Source: Selaginella moellendorffii (lineage: Eukaryota; Plantae; Lycopodiophyta). Taken from it: DNA of 64,000 bases. The stretch spans positions 370,586 through 434,585 of the forward strand of contig NW_003314320.1 of assembly GCF_000143415.4 (NCBI RefSeq), in the 5' to 3' direction. Positions 10,666 through 25,345 of this stretch are shown here, piece after piece. The notes beneath the pieces were generated by a model. It was given only the letters and a program-made list of their open reading frames with translations, did no database searches and had not been told where the DNA came from. A program made the position numbers and the translations under genes. How positions within the stretch are numbered: the stretch's first letter is position 1; each line of letters opens with the position of its first letter.

Positions 10666-11733
10666 TTAAGTAAGTTTTGGATTAGGAACAAATGCTAATG
10701 TGTGTGACGTAGGCCAATTTTCTGGCCATGGCCGAGCTTCATCGGTTTCGGTCATTAGTGGGCACCATTTAAGTTTAATTGGCATCACAAGCTTTTCCAC
10801 CCTCCACACTTGAGTCTTCAAATCAAGCACCATTTGTGCTTTTGTCCATGGAAGAAAGTAGAATTCATCATCCAAGCACACAAACACTTTCTTTCCGTCA
10901 TGGATAACTACGGCCCCAGAATTCCATTTTACCTCCTCTTTTACAAAACCGTCAACACTTTTTACCAGTGATAAACGCATGGACTTCCTGACAGATCTCG
11001 TAGTGATGAGCTCTCCTCTCAATGAGACTAATCCAAAACCATTCGCATAGACCTCCAAACTTTCAACTTTCCCCACAAGCACACATTCACCAGTTTGTGG
11101 CTTGTAAACCCAATGACCGTTTTGCCCTAAGATGTGGCAGTGCTCAAAATCAGTCCATGCAATCCTATGTCTCCTCCATCTTAGATTCTTATTAACCTTC
11201 TTCCACTGGTTCTGGCCAACCACAGAAGCATACGCATAAATCTTATCAACGTTGACAAAAGATAAGCAAAAGCTGCTGCCGTCTTTTGCCGCGAGCATGG
11301 CGAAGTTCTCAGGTTCAATCCAAAATCTGTCTATTCCTCGGCAGTGTGGTAGCTTCACTGAGCTGGATGGTACCAAGGGATTGTTTATCACCAAAGAGAC
11401 CATATCTTCTTCTATGTAGCTCCACAGCACCCAACCATTTGAGCTCGCCACTGGAATGCTTGATGGCGAAAATGACAGTTCAGGTGGTAAAAAAAAAGTG
11501 TTAGGATTGTAAATCTTGCCACTTTTAGGGTTGAAACACGCTAGCCTTCTCCATTCCACATGAAGGAACAAGAGTGGAGAATTACACCTCTGCTTGATCT
11601 GGCTGCCATCTCCACGAATAAACGTATTCCATTCCTTGCAAACAAGGCACGCTCGAACTAGCGATTCAACGTCCAGTAGCTTGGACAAGATATAGAACCA
11701 AAGAGCGTCTGGTAATCCCGCGTGTGCTGGCAT
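10666..11733 (-). CDS. F-box protein (paralog 3)
   Basis: MPAHAGLPDALWFYILSKLLDVESLVRACLVCKEWN...HTLAFVPNPKLT. Confidence 0.88.
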   Translation of the reverse strand: MPAHAGLPDALWFYILSKLLDVESLVRACLVCKEWNTFIRGDGSQIKQRCNSPLLFLHVEWRRLACFNPKSGKIYNPNTFFLPPELSFSPSSIPVASSNGWVLWSYIEEDMVSLVINNPLVPSSSVKLPHCRGIDRFWIEPENFAMLAAKDGSSFCLSFVNVDKIYAYASVVGQNQWKKVNKNLRWRRHRIAWTDFEHCHILGQNGHWVYKPQTGECVLVGKVESLEVYANGFGLVSLRGELITTRSVRKSMRLSLVKSVDGFVKEEVKWNSGAVVIHDGKKVFVCLDDEFYFLPWTKAQMVLDLKTQVWRVEKLVMPIKLKWCPLMTETDEARPWPENWPTSHTLAFVPNPKLT

Positions 11734-11865
11734 CGTTCCTAGCTAACGAGAGAAAACAAAAGAGCCATATTCGGTCTGCTTTTTTATTGTAGCGAATATT
11801 CTTAAAATTATCTGCTTTGTTCTTTCCAGGAATTCGATCGAGATCTGCGATTCACAACAACCAAC

Positions 11866-12162
11866 CTAAACATCTAGTTCATTCACAGCCGCCCCTGCAG
11901 TCATCACGGCCCGTTCAAAGGCCTCCCCGAGCTTCTCGAGCTTCTTTGCCTTGGCCTTGGCATCTCTCCCCTTCCGGGCAATCGATCGCGAGTAGGGGTT
12001 TTCCTGTAGGATGCGATTTATCTCCTTCTTGAATTCCTTGCGGTCGAAGGAATTCATGGTGTCCCCGATGGCAATTTCCGTGGCAAGCAGGAGGTCATGG
12101 AGCTTCTCCTTGAGCTCGATAACGTCACGCACCGCAGCATTCAGCTCTTCTTTTCCCGTCAT
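11866..12162 (-). CDS. Uncharacterised 98-aa alpha-helical/coiled-coil protein (intact copy 3)
   Basis: ttccag|G-ATG start as in copy 2; MTGKEELNAAVRDVIELKEKLHDLLLATEIAIGDTMNSFDRKEF...KAKKLEKLGEAFERAVMTAGAAVNELDV*. Two paralogs lie in the window. Confidence 0.75.
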   Translation of the reverse strand: MTGKEELNAAVRDVIELKEKLHDLLLATEIAIGDTMNSFDRKEFKKEINRILQENPYSRSIARKGRDAKAKAKKLEKLGEAFERAVMTAGAAVNELDV

Positions 12163-12204
12163 CCTGGAAACAAAACAGACCAAGAGAAATGTGAAATGTG
12201 TGTG

Positions 12205-12550
12205 AGAGAGAGGGGCGGGGCGGGAGAGCACGAGCGCGAGAATGAGAAGGAGAGTGCACGAGCGCGAGGGACAGGGAGAGAGCAAGCGTGAGAGGAGAGG
12301 GAGCCCAGAGGGAGAGGGAACACGAGCGCGAGAGAGGGAGAGGGAGAGAGCAAGAGCGAGAGGGAGAGGGAACACGAGCGCGAGAGAGGGAGAGGGAGAG
12401 AGCAAGAGCGAGAGGGAGAGGGATAGCGCGAGCGCGAGAGGGAGAGGGAGAGGGAGAGGGAGAGAGCAAGCGCGAGAGGGAGAACGATAGCGCCAGCGCG
12501 AGAGGGAGAGAGCAAGCGCGAGAGGAGAGGAAGAGCCCGAGCGCGAGAAT
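12205..12550. repeat. GA/CT-rich tandem repeat (~42-bp unit) in the leader/intron of copy 3
   Basis: Repeated gagcgcgagagagggagagggagagagcaagagcgagagggagagggaacac units. Confidence 0.85.
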
Positions 12551-12637
12551 CAGCAGTTGAGTCGGGGTGGCCGCTTGCCGAGACGTGCTGAGACGAAACC
12601 ACGAAGCAACCCAATCGACCAGAAGAGCCGAGAAACA

Positions 12638-12678
12638 TTTTATAGGCACCCAGGTTGAATAACTTTTTGACTTTGACA
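12638..12678 (-). promoter_or_regulatory. TATA box and W-box of copy 3
   Basis: CCTATAAAAT on minus at ~12638-12646; TTGACT at 12667 and TTGACA at 12673. Confidence 0.55.
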
Positions 12679-13073
12679 ACAAAGAAAATCTTAGACTTGG
12701 ACTATTCTGTTAAGATCACTGCTCCACGTGTTTCTTTGCCTTGAGAGTAGACTTCTTGTTACGATCTGGCGTGGAGTATATTTACAAAAACGCTAAAACA
12801 ATGCAACGATGTTTTCTTGGCTTAAAAATTTTCAAGGACTGAGTTTAAGCATTATGGAGCTTGTGAGGGATTATATAGTTTACATATCCACGTGTATTTA
12901 ATCCCCGCCTTCACCGTTCAGGATGATATCCTTAGACAATGTGTCAACTTTGGTCATTTGCTTCGAGCAATGGCAAGTGCACTTCTGGAAACTTATGGAA
13001 TTTAAACTAGTCAATAATTAATAACAACTCTTAATGAATGTTTAAAATTCATAAACACTACAATATACTGTTT

Positions 13074-13160
13074 ATAAATTATAAATACAAGATTAATCTA
13101 AATTAATAAAACAATTAGATGGTAAAATATCCCAGAATATCAAAGCATATTCTAGGTATA
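13074..13160. repeat. AT-rich dispersed repeat, second copy at ~59537-59615
   Basis: ataaattataaatacaagattaat...gaatatc..gcata occurs at both sites. Confidence 0.55.
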
Positions 13161-13394
13161 TCTTTACAAGCTTTCTTAAGCAAACCAAAAATGTGAAAAT
13201 ACTATTTATTAACGACAGTTAGTAATAATTATCATTTCTATATTATTTATTAATTATTATGAAAAATAGAAAGTCAATTTATTTAATGGTTTAAGAATAT
13301 TTCCCGGCTGACTGAAGAATTCTATTATCCTGGTAGGAAACGGATGAAGTAATTCCCTCAAGAACCCTAAAATATTTTTCATTTCGTCTAGGTT

Positions 13395-15777
13395 ATGGCG
13401 CCTATCTGGCGCTTACCAGTAGCTTTGATCGCGCTCGCGCTCTTCGCCAGGATCAGGTGCGAGGAGACAAAGATAGATTTCTCAGATGCGCCAGACGCTG
13501 TCGCATGGGCCGTTCAGATCTCCGATCTCCATGTGAGTGTTTTTCATCCAAATCGAGCGGAAGATCTCGAGATTCTGGCCTCGCGGCTTCTGGCGCTCGT
13601 CCGGCCTGCTCTGGTGCTCGTCACCGGCGATCTCACTGGTAATTTTGCGCTCTCCCACGATTTTTTTCTTAACATTCCCTTGCATTTTCGTTATAGATGC
13701 CAAGAACAGAGACCTCTCTGTGACAAGGCAAGATGAAGCCGAGTGGATGCAGTACCAGAAAACCATGAAGCACGTATCGAAAGAGAGCCGATTGCCACAA
13801 AGTGTGTTCTTCGATCTTCGTGGCAACCATGACAGGTTTGGTGTTCCCAATCGCGAACTGGACTTCTTTTCTCGGTACAGTATCAGTGCAGATATGAATC
13901 GTGTAGATCCTGTTCAAGCGGCAACTGTCACGGTGCGTTAACTTGGATCATTCCTCGAGCTTGTGTAACTTACAGCTGAAAACAATTTTTTCTCTGACAG
14001 GTTCCTGGTGGCTGGAAGTACTTGTTTCTTGGCTTTGATGATACCATGGCCATCGGGCTTCGCGGGCCAACAAATCTGTTTGGCCATCCGACAGACTCCA
14101 TGCTTGGGAAAATGGTGTCCCTGCTCGAAGGCTTTGAAAAGAAGCATGCACCCAGTTCTTCCGCCAAGGTAGCGTTTGGACACTTTCCAATGTCTTTCAC
14201 GGCCTCTTCAGAATCAGGGAGACGACCCGAAGAGATTCTCGCGAGGCATGGCATCTCGGCATACTTGTGTGGCCACCTCCACACCAAGTTCGGAAAGCAG
14301 CTATATCGGCTTCACTCGTACCCGGGCAGTGGCACCTTTAGCAGAAAGAACGAGTTTTGGGAGTGGGAAATCGGGGACTGGAGAGGCAGCAGGACCGTGC
14401 GAGTGCTTTCACTTGATCACGGCCACACTTCGTTCGTGGATATCAGGTTGGACGGGACGATGAACTTCACGACGATAGTCTTACCGACATATCCTTTGGA
14501 TTCGCGGTTTATGAAGAGGCATCCAGCTTACACTGGAGATGATGAAGACCACGGTGATCGCATTCGAGCACTTGTGTTCTCCGAGGTGCCGATAACATCT
14601 GCGGTGGCAAAAGTATACGACAGCAAGTCGGGCTCTCTCCGTCTGGTCGACGAACTTGATATGCAACTCACTTGGGGTCCTAACAACAAAGCAGTTTTCT
14701 ATGAGACAAGATGGAGGAGAAACAGGTACTCGGATCCGTCGGCCCTGCGGTACTGGCTAGAAGTTTTGGTGACTGATTCTTCAGGCAGGAAGACTGCGAG
14801 CGAGCTTAGGCCGTTTTCGGTAGACGGCAAAGTCGCAGAACTTAAGTGGGGATTCTCGGAGTTTCTCGTGATGGGAGTACAGTGGGCCGATGCTTATCTG
14901 CTTCTTTTTTGGCTTAGCATTGGACTGCTGGCCGCAGTACTTTTACTGCCAAGGCTTGCGTACGTTCGTCTCAAGCAGAAGAAGGCGTATAAGAGCTTCG
15001 TTTCTTCGGTGCTGGCCTGGAACACGAAGAGCGGAGGTTCGTATTTGGAGTATGCGCTGAAGAGTGTTGGATGGATTTTCATGGAAGGGTCTCGGAATGA
15101 CGGACTATGGTGGGGACAACTCGCGTTAGTTACTTGGCTAGTTTTTCTTCCATGGTTTTGGGGGTATCCATTTGGAGATGGCCATGCAGCAGGATATCTA
15201 AGCCGCACAGGTTGGCACATTCAGGAACTTGGAAAGTCTGGCTTAGCTTCCCCGGACGTCTTGGTCATCGTTTTGCCGTTTCTTTACATGGTCGTCTTGC
15301 CACTAAGCGTGGTGATCGCCGGTTTGTCAGCCGAGAGAGCAGCCTGCGAAGCCCATCAAGCAAAGCATTGTGGAAAAACGAGCAAGAGCGAAGGAAGTAA
15401 GATGTCACGGAAGAAGCTGAACGAAAAGTCCGACTCTGGCCTGCTTCAGCTTCTGGAAAACGAGGCCAAAGTCGAGAAGAAGCGCTGCGTGGTGTGCTCG
15501 AGATGGAGGAGGAAAGCGCTTCTTGCAGTCTGTTTACTCATCGGCTGGCTTCATTGGCGGGTAAGCCTTTGTTCTTGTTCTTGCGAAGCTAGCTTTTCCG
15601 AAAAATTTTCTTCTTTTGTTCTTGCAGCAATGCTACTGGGTCGCGGTTGCTTTCGACTGGAAATGGGGATGGGCTTCTCCCGGCTTCGTGTGGTCCGTTC
15701 CCGTGCTCATGATCTCCACGATCTTCACAACCTGCGGGATTCGCAAAAACTCAAGGCAAGTATACGAACATATTTGA
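13395..15777 (+). CDS. Membrane-anchored calcineurin-like metallophosphoesterase (TMEM62-like); 4 exons (introns ~13639-13697, 13933-14001, 15560-15627)
   Basis: Signal peptide; motifs SDLH, TGDLTD, RGNHD, FGHFP, CGHLH; C-terminal transmembrane segments; spliced frame ends TGA 15775-15777. Confidence 0.9.
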
Positions 15778-17400
15778 GAGTAGTGTGTAGGGAGCACTGT
15801 CGTTTCCTTCCAGCGAAACAACTCTTTCAGCAGCCTCCAGAGCCCGTGTAAACTCTCCGTGAATGGCACACGCACAGAGAAGGCTCATCCAAGCCACAGC
15901 GTCCTCGTGAAACGGCATAGCTTCTATCAAGTCTTGAGCTCGATCGAGCTCTCCAGCTCGTCCAAGGCTGTCTACAATGCAACCATAGTGCTCGGCGCTT
16001 GGAGAAATCCCATACTCTCTTCTCATCTCCAGGAAGTAGAAAAAGCTCGCGTCTAAGCTCTGGTTTGAGCTCTGGAGAAGGCTCACGAAAGTCACTGCAT
16101 TGGCTTGTATGCCTTCCAAGCTCATCTCTCTAAAGAGAGTGGCTACCACGGTTACGTGACCACGGTTGGAATATGCCGCCAGCAGCGTGTTCCAAGTGAC
16201 CGTAGTTTTTGTGCGGATGTCGCGGAATGCCGCGGCGGCCCGCGGTAGCTCGCCCACCCTGCCGTACGCTTGGACCAGTGCCGTACCGGTGAGAGGCTCG
16301 CGTTGGCGCTGGCTATGGAGAATATGCCCGTGGATGTCTTGGGCGTCGGCTAGCGAGCAGCAAGCGCCAAGCACAGTGGCGAATGTTACGTCGTTCTTGG
16401 CGAGATCCATGGCGCGGTAGAGCTCCAGGGCTTGATCGAAGCGTCCGGCGAGCGCGTAGGCCTGGATTATGCTGTTCCAGGAGACGACAGTTCTAATCGC
16501 GCGGGGGATTCGATCGAAGACGGCCTTGGCGTCGGCGAGGCTTCCGCACTTGGCATACATGCTGATGAGCGCGTTGCTCGTCACAGCGTCGCCGATTTGG
16601 TCGTAGGCGCGGGAAGAGATCAGGGCGTGCGCTTGCTTGCCCTGGGAGAGCCCTGGGGTTCCAAGATTGGAGCAGGCGCCAAGAACGCTGATCAATGCGG
16701 TCTTGTCGATCAGCCTGGGATCCATCCGTCGGTAGAGGTCCAGCGCGTCGGATGGATGCCCGTGCTGGGCATACGCAGTGATCATCGCAGTCCAGGAGAT
16801 TTGGTCTCGGTTCTTGCCCAGGAGCCGAAATATCGCCATGGCATCCGATAATCTTCCCCAGCGGCCATAGATCGTGAGCAGGGAATTCACCACAGCGACA
16901 TCACTGCCACATCTGGAGTGGACGGCTTCTAGAATCCGCCGGATTCTAGCGGACTGGGGCAGGATCGAGCAAGCGCGGACGACGCAGAGGAGCGTGATCC
17001 GGTTTGGCCTCACGGATCCATCGCAATCCATTCTCCAGAAGAGCTCCAGCGCCGCCAATCCATCGCCGCTGCGCAGGCACGCCCCAAGGACGATATTCCA
17101 GGAGAAGAGATTCTTGTCGCGAATATCTTCGAAGGCCGCGATCGCGTCGCGCGTGCTGCCGCATCGGCCATACATTTGCACGACGAGATTGTGGAGGTAG
17201 GGTTCTTGGGAGCGATCGTGGAGCGCGACCAGCGAATGCAGGCGCTTGGCATCGGCTAGCACACGGCATTTCCTCAGCGAGAAGAAGGAGCGATCCTTGT
17301 CCTCCTCGAGCTCCTCCTCCTGTTCTTCGATCCGGCGCTTCTCCTTGGCGAAGGATCGCAGCTTCTGGATACCAATCGAGCTGGAAGGTATGGCGTTCAT
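15751..17400 (-). CDS. PLS-class PPR protein with E domain, intronless
   Basis: PPR repeats (NALISMYAKCGSLADAKAVFD, VVSWNSIIQAYA); E domain EHYGCIVDSLGRAG...AWMSLLCAC...APYTLLSN; no DYW. Start taken at MNAIPS. Confidence 0.9.
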   Translation of the reverse strand: MNAIPSSSIGIQKLRSFAKEKRRIEEQEEELEEDKDRSFFSLRKCRVLADAKRLHSLVALHDRSQEPYLHNLVVQMYGRCGSTRDAIAAFEDIRDKNLFSWNIVLGACLRSGDGLAALELFWRMDCDGSVRPNRITLLCVVRACSILPQSARIRRILEAVHSRCGSDVAVVNSLLTIYGRWGRLSDAMAIFRLLGKNRDQISWTAMITAYAQHGHPSDALDLYRRMDPRLIDKTALISVLGACSNLGTPGLSQGKQAHALISSRAYDQIGDAVTSNALISMYAKCGSLADAKAVFDRIPRAIRTVVSWNSIIQAYALAGRFDQALELYRAMDLAKNDVTFATVLGACCSLADAQDIHGHILHSQRQREPLTGTALVQAYGRVGELPRAAAAFRDIRTKTTVTWNTLLAAYSNRGHVTVVATLFREMSLEGIQANAVTFVSLLQSSNQSLDASFFYFLEMRREYGISPSAEHYGCIVDSLGRAGELDRAQDLIEAMPFHEDAVAWMSLLCACAIHGEFTRALEAAERVVSLEGNDSAPYTLLSNMFVYLP

Positions 17401-17451
17401 ATTTCTTCCATTGTTTTTTAGTTCTAGGTTTTCGTCCAGGGAGTGATAGCA

Positions 17452-22935
<5,484 letters not shown>

Positions 22936-22941
<6 letters not shown>

Positions 22942-23125
22942 AATCAAGGTTCTTCACTCTCTTGCTCGTCGCTATTCTTTTTTCGAGTCTCTCAAGTCCC
23001 TGTTTGTTCCAGGTTCTCGAGGCTGGAACCACGACTAGAATCAAGGTTCTTCACTCTCTTGCTCTTCGCTATTCTCTTTCGAGGCTTAAAGTTCCTGTTT
23101 GTTCCAGGTGCTCGAGGCTGGAACC
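22936..23125. repeat. Tandem duplication of ~97 bp beginning at the PKL stop codon
   Basis: gactagaatcaaggttcttcactctcttgctc...tcgaggctggaacc occurs twice (22936 and 23033). Confidence 0.85.
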
Positions 23126-23266
23126 AAGAGAAAAAATAGAAATTTTCGTCCACGGTTCGCTTCCTTGTTCTCCAGTCTTGCGTTTTTAATGCATTGAGAG
23201 GGATTTCTATTTTGCAGCGCTATAAACCCTGTAGTCTCTCTTTTACACTTGTATTTTAGGGTAAAG

Positions 23267-25226
23267 ATGAAGTGGGCGCCTCGTCGATCCAGCGATCAGC
23301 TCCAGCAGCAGCCGCCGGGGTGCAAATGGGGCCACACCTGCAATGCGGTCAGGAATCTCATCTACATTTTCGGTGGCTACGGCCGGGACGAGTGCCAGAC
23401 CAACGATGTTCACGTCTTCGACATTGGTATAAGTTTCCTCTTCTGGGTTTTCCAGAAAATATGGTTTTGATCATGTTTTCGGTGGGATCGCGCAGGGACG
23501 TACACCTGGAGCAAGCCTGTGATGAAAGGAACGCACCCTTCTCCTCGGGACAGCCACAGCTCCACGGCCGTCGGGTCTAAGCTCTATGTGTTTGGCGGTA
23601 CTGATGGAACCAGCCCGCTCGACGATCTCTTTGTTTTGGATACTGGTAAGCTCCGAGTTCTATCGAGTTTTTTTTTCTTGTTCTGATCATCCAATGCAGC
23701 TACCAACACCTGGGGGAAACCCGACGTTTTTGGTGATGTTCCTGCTCCGAGAGAAGGACATAGCGCGTCTCTCATCGGTGACAACCTGTTCGTGTTTGGG
23801 GGATGTGGGAAATCCAGCGATCCCTCAGAGGAGGAGTACTACAACGACCTTCATGTTTTGAACACAAGTAGTATCCTGTTATCTTTCTTTGTTTTCTTCT
23901 AAACAATTTTTTTTTTCCTGTAGGTACTTTTGTCTGGAAGAAGATTTCTACCACTGGAGTCTCGCCTATTCCTCGGGATAGCCATACCTGCTCTTCCTAT
24001 AAGAACTGTTTCGTTGTCATGGGTGGCGAGGACGGTGGTAATGCCTATCTAAACGACGTTCATATTCTGGACACAGGTACATACATTGTGCTGGTTTTAA
24101 ACTTGTGAATTCATTTGCGTTTCCAGAAACAATGGCATGGCGGGAGGTAAAGACGACTGGTGCTGAGCTGATGCCAAGAGCCGGGCACACAACAATCAGC
24201 CATGGAAAGTATCTCGTCGTGTTTGGAGGATTCTCCGACGATCGCAAGCTATTCAATGACGTCCACACTCTCGACTTAAGTACGTGCGCTTGTAGGTAGA
24301 TTTGTTTCCTGTTGGTCTCATGGGGCTTTTACGTATTTTGTAGCGACTGGTGTTTGGGCGACTTCGAATCCCTCTGGCCCCGGGCCTTCTCCACGTTTCT
24401 CCCTTGCAGGAGATTCCGTGGACGCAGAGCGAGGCATATTATTCTTCTATGGGGGATGTAACGAAGAGCTTGAAGCTCTGGATGACATGTATTTCCTCGA
24501 CACAGGTTGGCTTCTTCTTTTATTGACATTGCTGTTCTTCACAATATGGTTGCCGTTTTTCTGTGAAGAGATGCTGAGGGAGAAAGATCCATCAGAGCCA
24601 AAGCTATCCATGCGTAAGGAACTTAAGAGAAGGCGGCAAGAGTATCGTGCCACGCCATTCGTGCTAGACAAGCAACGGGATGCGGACAAGAGCTTGGTTT
24701 CATCTCACGGAGGTATCTGCGGAAAACCTTGGACCTCTCCAATTTTTCCCTGTCAAACTCATGCTACAGAGTTTCAAGCTCACGTCCAGCCGCTAGGCGA
24801 GAAGATGTTCGAGGCTAGAGTAAGCGACGTATTCAACTACGGATACACGCTAGAAGCCTCCATCGATGGGAAGCTCTTCCGTGGGCTGCTCTTCTCGTAC
24901 AAGCCTGGCTTTGCTCAGGCAGTGCAATCTTACATGGCGAGGTTTGTTTCGTTTGAACCTCAATTACTCTCTAACGCGAGGAAGGAAAACATCACAGGAG
25001 GAAACCACAGGACGTCCAAAAGGCCGTAGTAAAGGCCAAACCGAGCAAAGAGGAGTCCGAAGAAACCATGGATTGTGCGCAACTTGCTAGTCAGGTATGG
25101 TTTTTCGTGATGGTTTTATGTTTCTTCCTCGTTTATTTTCTTTCTTCTTTCTAGCAGGTAGCAGAAGAGAAGAAGGCTCACGTAGCAAATCACTGTGCAG
25201 CTAAACAAGCCTCTCAAGGCGTGTAA
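23267..25226 (+). CDS. Galactose oxidase/kelch-repeat protein (multi-exon)
   Basis: Kelch repeats (WGHTCN..IYIFGG, PRDSHS, PREGHSA, PRAGHT..VFGG); C-terminal GYTLEASIDGKLFRGLLF motif. Confidence 0.88.
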
Positions 25227-25345
25227 AACTCATTTCTTGCTAACTTGTAAGTTACTTTTGAACTGAAGTGGCTTCTTTCCATGTCTTTGTAATGGTTTTA
25301 TCCTTGTCTTGGCGAAAGAGTTAACTGCCATGGTTCTTTCAAGGC

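Noticed and set aside
12125-12682. Leu/Ser- and Arg/Glu-rich ORFs
   Set aside because: Translation of the GA/CT minisatellite; only 11866-12162 has paralog support.
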